A DNA stretch of 63,929 nucleotides, filler included, from Octopus bimaculoides (lineage: Eukaryota): the NCBI RefSeq assembly GCF_001194135.2. It is 7 parts of 6 records of this genome, joined end to end, with 100 filler letters (N's around TTAATTAATTAA, not from the genome) between each part and the next. Parts side by side here need not be neighbours in the genome. Positions count along the whole stretch, not along the records: positions 1 to 16,624 come from NC_068982.1; positions 16,725 to 19,179 come from NC_068987.1; positions 19,280 to 25,237 come from NC_068981.1; 4 more parts are not named here. The stretch is one strand, 5' to 3'. The notes beneath the pieces were generated by a model that made no database searches, was not told the DNA's origin, and saw only the letters and a program-made list of their open reading frames with translations. The position numbers and the translations under genes were made by a program. Below are positions 12,410 through 24,991 of the stretch, one piece after another; positions within the stretch are counted from its first letter, which is position 1; each line of letters opens with the position of its first letter.

Positions 12410-13154
12410 AGCACATATATGTATGTATGTATGTATGTATACATCAGTCACACGTATTGCTGTGTCGAGATACCTATGTAGATATTATACAATCTAAACA
12501 TACATTCAAACTCATTAGAAAGTCTCTCTCTGTGTTTTTACACAACCATGTTTTCAATCATTTTATTTATATATTTATTTCTTCACTTTCTTTCAAAGCT
12601 GCTTAACATAACACCAAAGAGCTATACATTCGAAACACACAAAGAAGAAAAACTTAAGAGATTATAACAGTATGAAAAGTTTTGCAATTACATATTCGGA
12701 AATTATTTGTAAAATGATGAGAAAAACAGTAAAATTGATGCAAGACAGAGAGCAACATATTGAAGCAAATAGAAACAAATTGTATATATGATAATAATAC
12801 CTTTACGTAAAACAGTCTTTACAAATTGACTCGAAGCTGTTTGTTATAATTAATAACAAAATTAATTTTTTTTTCAACTAATGGGTTTTTAATACCAACC
12901 ATATTGTCGAAACGTATTGTAGCTTATGAATACAATACTATTAATGTGTTAGCTTAATGTTTGCTTTAAATGTGTTATTTAAACCAACAAAAGCAAGCAA
13001 CAGTCCGTGTTACATAGGAGGCAGATATATCCTTCCATTAGATGAACTCCATTTTTTAATAACATAATTTTTGCTGCAATTTGGTGTTTGGCTTTATTCG
13101 CTACAGCAGACTCTAAGTGATGTCCATGAATTTCCTGTATTATGATTGCTATCA

Positions 13155-13221
<67 letters not shown>

Positions 13222-13222
<1 letters not shown>

Positions 13223-13372
13223 AGGCGGTGAGCTGTCAGGATCGTTCACGCCAGGCGAAATGCTTAGCGGCATTTCGTTTGCCGCTACGTTCTGAGTTTA
13301 AATTCCGCCGAGGTCGACTTTGTCTTTCATCCGTTCGGAGTCGATAAAGGAAGTACCAGTGAAACACTGGAG
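13222..13372 (+). mobile_element. tRNA-headed SINE, family A (ggcggtgagctg... head)
   Basis: A-box-like and B-box-like (GAGTTTAAATTC) motifs; related copies at 18645-18750, 32138, 32590 and 53405-53765. Confidence 0.8.
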
Positions 13373-13515
13373 TTCGGCAAAAGAAACTGATTGAAACATT
13401 ACCAGGCTTTTAGAAAATAAGTAGTGGGGTTGATTCATTCGACGAAAATTCTTCAAGGTGGTGCTCCAGCATGACCTCAGTTTGATGCCTGAAACATGTA
13501 AAAGATTAAAGATAT
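13373..13515 (+). mobile_element. SINE family C, 3-prime part
   Basis: Matches 62846-62968 and the reverse complement of 20620-20760. Confidence 0.7.
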
Positions 13516-14886
13516 ATTATTTCACTATTGGAAATTTTCAAACGTTTACTTGTTGGTCACTCAGGAGTTCAGTTCTTCGGGTCTTCTATTACAAACCCTC
13601 ACAAATACAATTACATCTATAGATAGTTTTTAGGTCACAGCAAATCCATTACATGCTATTTATTCTCGCAAACAATTTGGCCGGGCAGTTAATCTGAAGA
13701 ATGACAAGGAATATAAGATGCACTGAAAAGGCCATTTCACCGTGATCGGGTCACTTTTGTACATGTCTATCTTTATTTCGACTTCCCTGAACTGAAATAT
13801 AATTTCAGATTCCATGAAGCTTCAAAATATATACGAGGGTTTCAGTTGCAAACATATCCCAGAGTAACTTGTAAATTGTAAGGTACCAATTCGTCGACTG
13901 ATGGACAACGTTGACAAGGTCTGTCTCTGACTTGTAAGATGAAGAAGTGCAGAAATTATCTTTCCAGTTTACCTTCTTCATTAGAAACTCAACGCTTTCA
14001 TGCGGGAATAACTGTGATGCTGACTGTTATTTTGCCGTCCCCAAGTCTATTCTAACATATGCTCAATAAAATGGAAGTAGTTTACCATGAAACTTCGCAA
14101 ATATACTGCTGATTTCTCTTTAGGATAATAATTCAACATCATTTGTACAAAATGTATTCTAAAGAGAAAATATTATTTTGTTTCACTTTGAGAAGTGTGA
14201 TCACGTAAACATAATTAAACGCAGCGACAATGGACAAAAACGCACACGGTAAATTAAACTCTCATTTAGCTTAATAAACTGCCAGTTAAATCATGAGTTT
14301 AATTATAATACTTAAAGTGTGGAAGAATTGTAAATTTAGACCAATTTAGCACTGGAATATGACACTTACTCATTATATTTCTTCATATAATCGCAGATTA
14401 TATATTCTTCCGTAAATAATTAAATCTACCAATTATAGCTCTGAAGCAGCTCTACAGCGGTGATTAGCCTATGAGAGTGCTATTTAAAGGTGTTTCTATT
14501 ACTGGAAATATGTAAAGGATTTAGCAAAGCATCAATGAATATGAGAAAAGCGAAAAAGAAATATATATCAGTTATTAAAATCAAGCGTATTGATATCTGT
14601 AATATTACTAACTGATATCTAATTAACGCTAATAATAGGAATATAGTTAGCACAAATATGCAACAACACTTAAACACAAAACGCACACATACTCTCCCCC
14701 CCCACACACACAAAACAAGCATACACTCCATAAACACACACACGGTAATTCAAGGACCGTGCTTCCAGGAATGTTTCTCGAACATTCCTTCAAAGGATGA
14801 TCAGAAAATTTAAACAGAGAATTGTACTGTTTACAGAGATTTTATGAATTCGTAAATGTTGAAAGCATATTTGAGCTGGTAGCAAA

Positions 14887-14965
<79 letters not shown>

Positions 14966-16406
14966 CTGTGTATTTGTGCATTATCCACAAAAATATTTCG
15001 GAAATTTATGGCTATTTTAGGAAAAACTTCCCTTCTTCCCATGGATATAATAGAATCTTTTCACGTAAGACAGTTAGAATCTCATACTCTACTCTCTCCA
15101 ATATAGGTACCACCATAGCTAGATTAAATACTTAGAATATAAAATTAGTCAGAATTATTGAAACTAATAATGGTGGTAATAATAGTAATTCTAATGATAA
15201 TAATAATATGATCTTAGTTTTTTATAAAGGCCTTTATATAAATAACCCTTCTAAACAAGTACCACCAAGAAACTATAAATATCATGTAAAGAGTAACAAT
15301 AATAATTTCTTCAACCTATAAAATAATCCCTTAGTTTATATATAAATATTAGTGTAAAATTTGAATGTTCCCTAACTTAAATATTTCTTTAACTGATACC
15401 AGACACCAGTCTTTTATTGATATTAGCTAAATAAGTAAATATATAATTTTAAGTCCAATATATTGTGATTTATTATACATTTTCTATAAATCTTCTCTAT
15501 TGGTGTTAATAAGCTAAATATACTTTATCATAGCATTAGTAATTAAGCTATTTTATTTCTATGGTATTCTGCCCTAATTGATTATTTTATATCATTTATT
15601 TATTAATTTATAATTGGCCTATATTTATTCATAAAAAAAATAAGCTAATATTTGTATCTCTATGAATTCATGCTTAGCTTATATAAAACTATACTGGTAT
15701 ATTCACTATATATAAAAACAAACTGCTTAGAATATAATTTTATTAATATATAACTAGAATGTTCTTTTACCTTGATACTCCTTTATTAATACCAGTATAT
15801 ACCTATTAATCAATATTCACAGACACCATCTGATGAGTTAGTATTTAAGTGTACAATATGTATAAATATTAAACTATTTCTGAATAATTTCTGTTACTCC
15901 TTCTATTGTGGTAAAAGTTTGGTATATACTCAAAAGTATCCATAAAGTTCTATCCTTTTGTTAATATATTCTTCTTAATAACCCTCTGAATAGCCATAAA
16001 CGTTATCTGTATACAATATAGCAACATTGTTTTAAAACATTTAACTATAGTACTACATGATATGACTTCCCCTGTTTCATTATCAATGGTCTGCTAGTGG
16101 GCGACCCCCCTTAGTTGTCAGCCAACATCTTGTTTTTAAGTTTACTTTTACCAAACCTCATGATGTTTATGACTATACTAACTATGATTTCTGTCTGCTC
16201 TCTCAGGCCTACCCCTAACAGATAATGCCCTTTATTCTCTCAGTCTTAGATATACAAGGTTTGATAAACTAGTCTATAAATTAAAACTGACTCAATAAAA
16301 AAACAAATGAAATCAGTGACAGGCAGGATCTTCTTCACAATTTATTTCTTAACTTCTATGTTGTAGTAGAAGCAACATTTTTGTTGTCTATCTCCTTCAC
16401 TTCTTG

Positions 16407-16580
16407 GAGATTTTATGTATAATTATACTAATGTGTCCATCTGTTCTAATTTAATTAATTTCTATATCTTTGTGCAGTTGAGGATTGTTCTGGATTTTAA
16501 ATTGATGTAATGATTACATTCTTCAATTAAATGGAGTTCCATGAAACGATCTACTGCATTACCTCTGAATATCTTTGTTG
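16407..16580 (+). mobile_element. Repeat carrying long-helix-II hammerhead motif, copy 2 (degenerate)
   Basis: Colinear with 54452-54630; motif 16473-16558 reads tgcag-TTGAGGA...GAAAC-GATC-TA-ctgca. Confidence 0.65.
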
Positions 16581-16591
16581 CTTCTTTTGAA

Positions 16592-16624
<33 letters not shown>

Positions 16625-16668
16625 NNNNNNNNNNNNNNNNNNNNNNNNNNNNNNNNNNNNNNNNNNNN

Positions 16669-16680
16669 TTAATTAATTAA
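16669..16680. other. Assembly spacer TTAATTAATTAA centred in a 100-bp gap; also at 19224, 25282, 46103, 51447 and 62790
   Basis: Each is flanked by exactly 44 N on both sides; it is a palindrome with stop codons in all six frames. Confidence 0.95.
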
Positions 16681-16748
16681 NNNNNNNNNNNNNNNNNNNN
16701 NNNNNNNNNNNNNNNNNNNNNNNNATATATATATACATACATATATAC

Positions 16749-16782
<34 letters not shown>

Positions 16783-16887
16783 GGTGAGGGGGCTACTTCA
16801 TATGTTGCATGTGAAAGTGTATATGATTACAGATTATTTTATATTGATATGGTTTAGTTTTGTAGCTAATTTCTGTCTCTTCATATC

Positions 16888-16990
16888 TGTGTGTGAGTTA
16901 CGTGTGCGTGAGTTACGTGTGTGTGAGTTACGTGTGTGTGAGTTACGTGTGTGTGAGTTACGTGTGTGTGAGTTACGTGTGTGTGAGTAT
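16888..16990. repeat. 15-bp minisatellite (gtgtgagttacgtgt), about 6 copies
   Basis: Direct reading; produces the ELRVC repeat in ORF 16781-17002. Confidence 0.95.
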
Positions 16991-17077
16991 GATTGTCCAT
17001 GAATAGATAAAGATACGTACTGTCTCTCTATATACGTGGATAAATATTGAATAATAATTATATATAAATATATGTAT

Positions 17078-17140
<63 letters not shown>

Positions 17141-17599
17141 TACGCACATACGAGTGTATAGAATTAGATTTTGAATTGTTTGTTCTTGTGCATTTTTAAG
17201 TGTCTAAACCAATTTATTTGATAACATTTAATAGTAATATTCAGTGCTATCTACTAATAACGTTGTGCTGATATTTGTGTGGTGATGGTTGTTCTTCAGT
17301 TGGTGGTGGGGAATGCTAATACAGGAAAAGTAGGTACAATTTGTCCATTGCAAACTTTATCAATTATTCTTCTATTACCTATTACCTCCACAATCATTAC
17401 CTCCATCACCGCTGTCATTATGAACAACGGTAACAACATCAGCATCGTTCCTTCGCCATTCCCGTGCGAGACCCGTGGAAACTATTGTTACCAATTTCTA
17501 TCTCCAACAATATTGTTAATTCCGCCATCATTATCACCAACATATTACCACCAACGCTCCCTCAAAAGCCAACCGCTCTTATTTTTACCAAATGTATTT

Positions 17600-18284
17600 T
17601 TATCTATCATGTTGACATCAACATATTCCATCATCACCATCATCGCCATCATCATCGTCGTCGTCATCATCATCATCGCCATCATCATCATCATCCTCCT
17701 CCTCATCATCATCGTCGTCGTCGTCGCCGTCGTCGTCGTCATTAACATCATTATCGTCGTCGTCATTTTTGTCGAAATCGTTGTTAACATCATTATCGCT
17801 ACTTATCGTCACTATTATTCTCATCAGCCTCGTTATCGCCATGACCACCAGCACCATTAAGAACGGCAGCTATTGTAGTCATATCCGTCATCATGTAGTA
17901 ATCATGTAGTCATCATGGATGTAGTCGCCGTTATCATGATCATCATGATCATCATCATCAAATTAGTCTTTGATATGGTCATTGCTATCATAATTATTAT
18001 TGCTGCCATAATTATTAGCGTTATCATCATAATCCCCCCCCCATCCTTCTCGTCATCATCATCACTATCGTCAACTCCATCTTCATAATCCTCACCTTCT
18101 TCGTTCTTTTGATTACCATCATTTTCGCCGTCGTTGCTATCATCGTGTTACTTATCTATTTCATCACCATAACAAAATTTCAACACCATCTTCATCATTG
18201 CCGTCTCCACTATCTTTACCATCAACCAGGTGGTCATTGATGTTCTCTAAATCATCATACTTACTATCGTCATCATCATCATCG

Positions 18285-18325
<41 letters not shown>

Positions 18326-18420
18326 GTCAGTATGAATTTATTATCAACTTCGTCATCGACATCGTACACCTTCTTTTCATCTCCTTCACCATCAGCTTCC
18401 TCACTCTTACCATTATCATT
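17600..18420. repeat. Long degenerate (CAT)n/(CGT)n tract
   Basis: Direct reading. Confidence 0.9.
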
Positions 18421-18815
18421 CCATTTCTGCCAGTACTGGTGCTACTATTCAGGTTCTTGATGTTGTTGTTGCTTTTGTTGTTGTTATACCTATTTTGTAT
18501 TCGTTTAAGTACTCTGTGGTCAACATTAGTACAACCTTGAACATCCTATCGTTTTCTTATATACAGAATATTCTGTAAGGTGTCTACCCTAAGAAGGACC
18601 ACACAACAAAATCTGTGGCATTAAGTTTACGTGAGAAATCATTATTCTTCACGTTCTAAGTTCACGTTCTAAGTTCAAGTTCTACCAATGGCAACTCCCC
18701 GGGGTCGATAAAATAAGTACAAATCAACTAGTGGAGTTGAATAAATTCTATCTATCTATCTATCTATATATCTATCTGTCTATCTATCTATCTATCTATC
18801 TATTAATCTATCTTC

Positions 18816-19179
18816 CTCTTCCGCTTCTTGTGGAAAGGAAGCGTTCCGATGGTTAGGCGATCTGTTTGCTGCCAACACCCGTAAAAAGGAGGACTGAGCA
18901 TGCCGTGGTTGATGATGCGCAGACACGCGCTGAGACTGCGACATCTCCGGCTCTACGTAGACAACGGTAAACAGGTGTGGTCACCGTTTGTGCGGCGCGC
19001 TTTCCCGCAGCTCGTCTCCATGACCGAACTGCAGTCGTGGGTCAAGAAGAGGCCGAGGAAGGGCGAATGGCACCGCGAGTGTCGCGTTGCTCTCCGGCAA
19101 CTCCAAAACCCCGGGTCAACCTTGAGCGACTGCATCACAACTAACGCATTCTATAGTGGATTAGTGGAGGGAAGGTACG
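18816..19179 (+). mobile_element. L1/Tx1-clade LINE ORF2 fragment (post-RT region)
   Basis: LFRFLWKGSVPMVRRSVCCQHP*KGGLSMPWLMMRRHALRLRHL matches the L1/Tx1 motif F.FLW.G....V.R..L.....GGL..P; GC-rich island ending at a gap. Confidence 0.8.
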
Positions 19180-19316
19180 NNNNNNNNNNNNNNNNNNNNN
19201 NNNNNNNNNNNNNNNNNNNNNNNTTAATTAATTAANNNNNNNNNNNNNNNNNNNNNNNNNNNNNNNNNNNNNNNNNNNNTATATATATAGTTATTAATAT
19301 TTCTAAGACTCTATAC

Positions 19317-19347
<31 letters not shown>

Positions 19348-19650
19348 TGTATGTATGTATGTATTATGTGTGCATTATGCATCCTAAGTATCGAAGCAGC
19401 TGCAAGTACGCACGCGCACACCCGGACACACCGCGTGTGTGAGAGCGTGCAATGGTGTGGATATCCAGTTCGGGACCCCTTGGTAATATAAGTCCTAAGC
19501 GTAAACTGTTAACCTCGAAATTTAAACAGAAGAGAAAGCAGTTATGATATTTGGTTACTTCCATGGATAAAGGAATTAAAACCTTTCAAAATAACAATAA
19601 AAAAAATCAAAGGAAAAGAGGCTTTGGAATATCGTAAGCTCTTGTATTCA

Positions 19651-19860
19651 AACTGTTTCACAACTGGGTCATTTAAAAGGAGGGGTCACATCTAGACGAT
19701 TGAGTAGATGTAGGGCTGNNNNNNNNNNTGTTTCACAACTGGGTCATTTAAAAGGAGGGGTCACATCTAGACGATTGAGTAGATGTAGGGCTAACTGTTT
19801 CACAACTGGGTCATTTAAAAGGAGGGGTCACATCTAGACGATTGAGTAGATGTAGGGCTG
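19651..19860. repeat. 67-bp tandem repeat, three units (first junction spans a 10-N gap)
   Basis: aactgtttcacaactgggtc...agatgtagggct at 19651, 19729 (partial start) and 19793. Confidence 0.85.
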
Positions 19861-20009
19861 CTTGGTTCTTCTAAAATGATAATTAAAATGTGAGCTTTAA
19901 GTTGCGTCATGATCTCATAATATTAGATGCAGAATGGAAGGGAAAATAACAGCTTTAGATTCTGCCAAAGAAATACTATGGAAAAAAGCTGTTCTATTTA
20001 TCGTTAGTA

Positions 20010-20395
20010 GAGGCGCGATGGCCCAGTAGTTAGGGCAACGGACTCGCGGTCATAGGATCGCGGTTTCGATTCCCAGACCGGGGGTTGTGAGTGTTTATTG
20101 AGCGAAAACACCTAAAGCTCCACGAGGCTCCGGTAGGGGAAGGTGGCGAACCCTGCTGTACTCTTTCACCACAACTTTCTCTCACTCTTACTTCCTGTTT
20201 CTGTTGTGCCTGTAATTCAAAAGGGTCAGCCTTGTCACACTGTGTCACGCTGAATATCCCCGAGAACTACGTTAAGGGTACACGTGTCTGTGGAATGCTC
20301 AGCCACTTGCACGTTAATTTCACGAGCAGGCTGTTCCGTTGATCGGATCAACTGGAACCCTCGATGTCGTAAGCGACGGAGTGCCAACAACAACA
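20010..20395 (+). mobile_element. Full-length tRNA-headed SINE, family B
   Basis: Head gaggcgcgatggcccagtagttagg...ggtttcgattccc with A/B boxes and (AAC)n tail; copies at 23529, 31744 and 52735. Confidence 0.9.
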
Positions 20396-20619
20396 TCAAC
20401 AATCAAACCTGGAACTATTTTAATGAAAGAAAAAAGTTTCAGATTAATGAAAAAAGAATTGAGAGATTTCTCTTAAAAACATAATTATTTAGCCGAAAAT
20501 ATGAAACAAGTAACAATTACTTGGATAGCTGGACACACCGATATAAAGAGAATCAGGAAAGCAGATGAATTAGCAAGAGAAAAATAAAAAAAATAGAATG
20601 ATATGAATTATTTTTTTAT

Positions 20620-20823
20620 TCATTTATTTGTACCAGTCATTTGACGGCGGCTATGTTGGAGCACCGTCTTTAGTCGAACAAATCGACCCCAGGACTTATT
20701 TTTTGTAAGCCTAGTATTTATTCTATCGGTCTCTTTTACCGACCCGCTAGATTTCGAGGACATAAACACACCAGCATCGGTTGTCAAGCGATGGTGGGGA
20801 GACAATTACAGACACACAAACAT

Positions 20824-20856
<33 letters not shown>

Positions 20857-21026
20857 TATAGGACGGGTCTCTTTCAGCTTCCGTCAACCAAATCCACTCA
20901 CAAGGCTTTGGTCGGCTCGAGGCTGTAGCAGAAGACCTTGCCCAAGGTGTCACGCAGTGGGACTGAACCCCGGAACCATGTGGTTGGTAAGCAAGCTACT
21001 TACCACACAGCAACTCCTGCGCCTAT
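20620..21026 (-). mobile_element. Full-length tRNA-headed SINE, family C, with internal (TACA)n/(TA)n
   Basis: Reverse complement begins ataggcgcaggagttgctgtgtggtaagtagc...ggttccggggttcagtccc; many copies in the window. Confidence 0.9.
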
Positions 21027-21656
21027 GTTCAAAATCTTTCACGAAATTTCACAAATCAAATCATTCAGAAAAGCATAATTTGCCAAAATGACACATCACT
21101 TCTCCTGTTGATGGATACTGCAGGTTGTTGGAGTATATACAATTCCTCAGAGATTGAGAAATCCCCAGGGATTAGTCAATTGTAAACTTCTGGTGAATAA
21201 AGAGAGAAACAGCCAATGATGTATGTCATGTCAGAGAGGTAGTTTTCCTTGGTCCCGGAATTCCCATCTACCTGAAGTATCCGTGTGACGTAAACTGACT
21301 GATAGAAAACTAAATATTCTCACCTAGAAGTCGTTTAAAAATTCGTCCACTCTACTCCATGTATCTGAGAATATAGACATATTCACCCACAAAATGTGAT
21401 ATATATGTGTACATGCGCGGGCGCGCGGGCGCATGTGTGTGTGTGTGTAGAGTTATTAGTGAGGGATTATCAAACCGGGGAAAAATACTATATAAACTCT
21501 CCGTTAGTACACCAGGCTAACAATATTGTTTAGATTAGTAAAGAATTCCGCGTATTTTTATGGAAGGATCCGAGGTTATAGTTCACCATTCTATATTGTA
21601 AATCCATGGTTGTTCTCCAGTTAGAATGGTTTTTACGCAGCGATATACACGATGAG

Positions 21657-21745
<89 letters not shown>

Positions 21746-21844
21746 GGGACAATTCACAAAAAAAATCAACAACAGATGAAGACAGGTGGTGTAGAAAACA
21801 AATAGATGTATTAGTATAACGCTCCGGAATTATGTATATATAAT

Positions 21845-22010
21845 CAAAATAAGCAACAGGATATCAAGTAGTAATGCAGGTCGACTGTTTCAAGCGGCTC
21901 CATTTAATTGAACAATGCAAACATTACATCAATTTAAATGCAGTGCCATCTTGAGCTGCACAAATAAATAAATGGAATTTCAACAAGTAGGACACATTAA
22001 TATAATTTTT
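21845..22010 (-). mobile_element. Repeat carrying long-helix-II hammerhead motif, copy 3 (degenerate)
   Basis: Reverse complement of 21875-21960 is tgcag-CTCAAGA...GAAAC-AGTC-GAC-ctgca; flank matches 715-760 and 54465-54520. Confidence 0.6.
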
Positions 22011-23528
22011 CTAAAATATTTTAACAGACCAAAAAGATGGAAGAAATTCATGTCGCTATTGTAGCTAAGAATATAGACTACAACTTCTAAGAATTGCATG
22101 GAGCATAGTGGGGTCAGGGTTGTAAGGGTTGTAATTCATTTCTAAATCATTTATCTCTTTATCAACTCTTAAACCTAAGACTAGAAGACTGTGTCTATTT
22201 TGAATAAAGGACATTATTGATAGCTCACGGCTAGGTGCGGTCATAAATATTATCATATGTATCTCTTTTCCTCAGGGAGGAAATAAGACATTGGGAGTAG
22301 TCAGTTGGATATAAATAACTGTCTATAAAAAGAGGCAGGGTAGGGGTAGATTTTAAATCATGGTGATAATTACCAGTTAAAGGGGCAAGACGCTAAGAAA
22401 CCTAAGATGTTAATACAAAGGAAGTTTTATTTAGGGACACTATGGGGAATGTTTATAAACAATATTGTCATGTTGTATAAAAATAAAATATTTTAAATTT
22501 AAGAATTTCAAAATGATATCACAACCAAAATAGGCAAAAAGTGTGTATATATCAATTATAAACATTAAAAAGGAAAGATTACATAGAATCAGCTTAACAT
22601 CCATTCATGTACTTAAATACTTATTAGGTGATTTCTATAAAGACTGCCGAAGGCATTTACATATGGAATAACTGGAAAGATATACATGCTATCTATTAAT
22701 TTTAAGCCATGAATCAGAAAAGTGTAATAATGCATACAGATACACACACACACACATATATGTGTATATATGCATATATACACATACACAAATATTTATA
22801 TGCTTAGATGGATACAGTATGAATATCTCTCATAGACTACTTAAGTAACTGAAAAATAGCAATTTGAGAACAAAGAAAAATAAAAATTTATATGGGACTA
22901 GAGGTTAATAAGTAAGGATATCAAAATAAAAAAATAAAATAAGAATTTATCGAAAATAATAAGAAATACATATAACCTACATGTAACCTACATGTAAAGA
23001 GACAGGGGAATAAAATTAGAGGCAGGGAAAAGATAAAGATAACCCGAAAAGAAGGGGTAATAGGTATGGAAGCTGTATTCCCTAATATTATATATATATA
23101 TATTATATATTATATNNNNNNNNNNNNNNNNNNNNNNNNNNNNNNNNNNNNNNNNNNNNNNNNNNNNNNNNNNNNNNNNNNNNNNNNNNNNNNNNNNNNN
23201 NNNNNNNNNNNNNNNNNNNNNNNNNNNNNNNNNNNNNNNNNNNNNNNNNNNNNNNNNNNNNNNNNNNNNNNNNNNNNNNNNNNNNNNNNNNNNNNNNNNN
23301 NNNNNNNNNNNNNNNNNNNNNNNNNNNNNNNNNNNNNNNNNNNNNNNNNNNNNNNNNNNNNNNNNNNNNNNNNNNNNNNNNNNNNNNNNNNNNNNNNNNN
23401 NNNNNNNNNNNNNNNNNNNNNNNNNNNNNNNNNNNNNNNNNNNNNNNNNNNNNNNNNNNNNNNNNNNNNNNNNNNNNNNNNNNNNNNNNNNNNNNNNNNN
23501 NNNNNNNNNNNNNNNNNNNNNNNNNNNA

Positions 23529-23807
23529 ACAGCAGAACAGCCTGCTCGTGAAATTAACGTGCAAGTGACTGAGCACTCCACAGACACATGTACCTTTGAA
23601 ATACAGGCACAACAGAAACAGGAAGAAAGAGTGAGAGAAAGTTGTGGTGAAAGAGTACAGCTGGGTTCGCCACCATCCCCTGCCGGAGCCTCGTGGAGCT
23701 TTAGGTGTTTTCGCTCAATAAACACTCACAACGCCCGGTCTGGGGGATCGAAACCGCGATCTTATGACCGCGAGTCCGCTGCCCTAACCACTGGGCCATT
23801 GCGCCTC
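23529..23807 (-). mobile_element. SINE family B, 3-prime end lost in gap
   Basis: Reverse-complement match to 20010-20335, also visible as near-identical translated ORFs. Confidence 0.9.
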
Positions 23808-24135
23808 CACACATTCGCCTATATGTATATACTAAACCACCTTCGCTTGAAATACACACATGCTCACCCACATACTCACCAAAAACTATACATATATGTA
23901 CATATACATATATATACCCGCATACACGGGTATACACGCACTCACCAACCACACGCAAAAAAAAATCGTAGGGCTAAAAGCAATATACAGAAGAAAGTGT
24001 GAAAAAGCTATAAGGTTAAAACGCGTCTATATTCGCATATTTTCGCATGCTCGCACATACATCTATATATGCACGTACCCGCACACACGCACACATTCAC
24101 AAGCGCGCACATAAGGTTCCATGTACGTGTCTATA

Positions 24136-24314
24136 GACTTGTTAGTTTCGTTGGGCAATTAGAACGGGTTGAATATTATTTTGGTGTAGGTTTCCGGCTT
24201 TGACTAAGTGCATTGTATCGCAAGTGTGTATTAAATTTGTACTGAGACAAACTCGGAAACCCACGCCAAAATAACATTCACCCCGTTCTAATTGCCCAAC
24301 GAAACTAACAAGTC
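24136..24314. mobile_element. Foldback/MITE-like element with about 61-bp terminal inverted repeats, flanked by TA
   Basis: gacttgttagtttcgttgggcaattagaacgggttgaat...tttccg (24136-24196) is the reverse complement of 24254-24314 with about 4 mismatches. Confidence 0.75.
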
Positions 24315-24454
24315 TATTGCAATGAAACCTTTCCCCTGCGAAATTACCAGCGCAAGAACAAAATGTAATGTAAGACTTACTATCTTTCCTTCTTTTACCA
24401 TCACATATGTATCAATTATTTTCGCATCCTAACCGATGTACCTATCTATTTTAT

Positions 24455-24503
24455 CATTCTGAAGAGATTTGCTAAAAGTAGTAAATCGAAACGATCGTAA
24501 ATG
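24455..24503 (+). ncRNA. Minimal type I hammerhead ribozyme, apparently intact
   Basis: Helix I CATT/AATG; core CTGAAGA (24459-65); helix II GATTTGCT/AGTAAATC (8 bp, one G.U, G-C closing pair); GAAA (24488-91); helix III AC/GT around palindromic GATC; cleavage triplet GTA (24497-99). Confidence 0.8.
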
Positions 24504-24774
24504 CTACCTTCATCTTTGCTTCTTTCTTTGTTTTCTAATTAATTTAAAGGCATACCAGAGAAAACGACGAGTCTCCCCTTGTTATTACATCCATTTTTCT
24601 TCTCCTATATAACCTAAACTACAGTCGACCAACCGAACCACCACCTACCGTACAACCTTACAAAAGGCTGTACCTACTCAGGTAATAACCAGGAGCGACT
24701 TTGGATTTAATTATCCCTTAGAGGTATTAATCTCCTCTAACTGATACCTACCCAATATATATATATAGTCGAGG

Positions 24775-24915
24775 AAATCGACCACAGGATTTATTCTTTG
24801 TAAGCCTAGTACTTATTCTATCGGTATCTTTTGCCGAACCGCTGAGTTACGGGGACGTAAACACACTAGCATCGGTTGTCAAGCGATGTTGGATGGGGGA
24901 GACAAACACAGACGC
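24775..24915 (-). mobile_element. SINE family C, 3-prime part
   Basis: Matches 20680-20820. Confidence 0.8.
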
Positions 24916-24959
24916 ACTAAACATATACACACACATACATACACACACACACATACTCA

Positions 24960-24991
<32 letters not shown>

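Noticed and set aside
15100-16400. Very AT-rich block as a nuclear mitochondrial insertion or old Penelope ORF
   Set aside because: No convincing mitochondrial or RT motif in the frames I translated; the CTGATGA at about 15819 lacks a matching GAAA.
16888-19860. 15-bp and 67-bp repeats as CRISPR arrays
   Set aside because: No unique spacers, no cas genes, and a eukaryotic context.
21322-21362. 41-nt minus-strand segment with good acceptor and GTGAGA donor as a coding exon
   Set aside because: Stop codons in all three frames; at most a non-coding exon.
22010-22700. Decayed Penelope GIY-YIG upstream of hammerhead copy 3
   Set aside because: Only faint frameshifted resemblance (LFIDS, ITTL.TLTP); plausible from position but not supportable.
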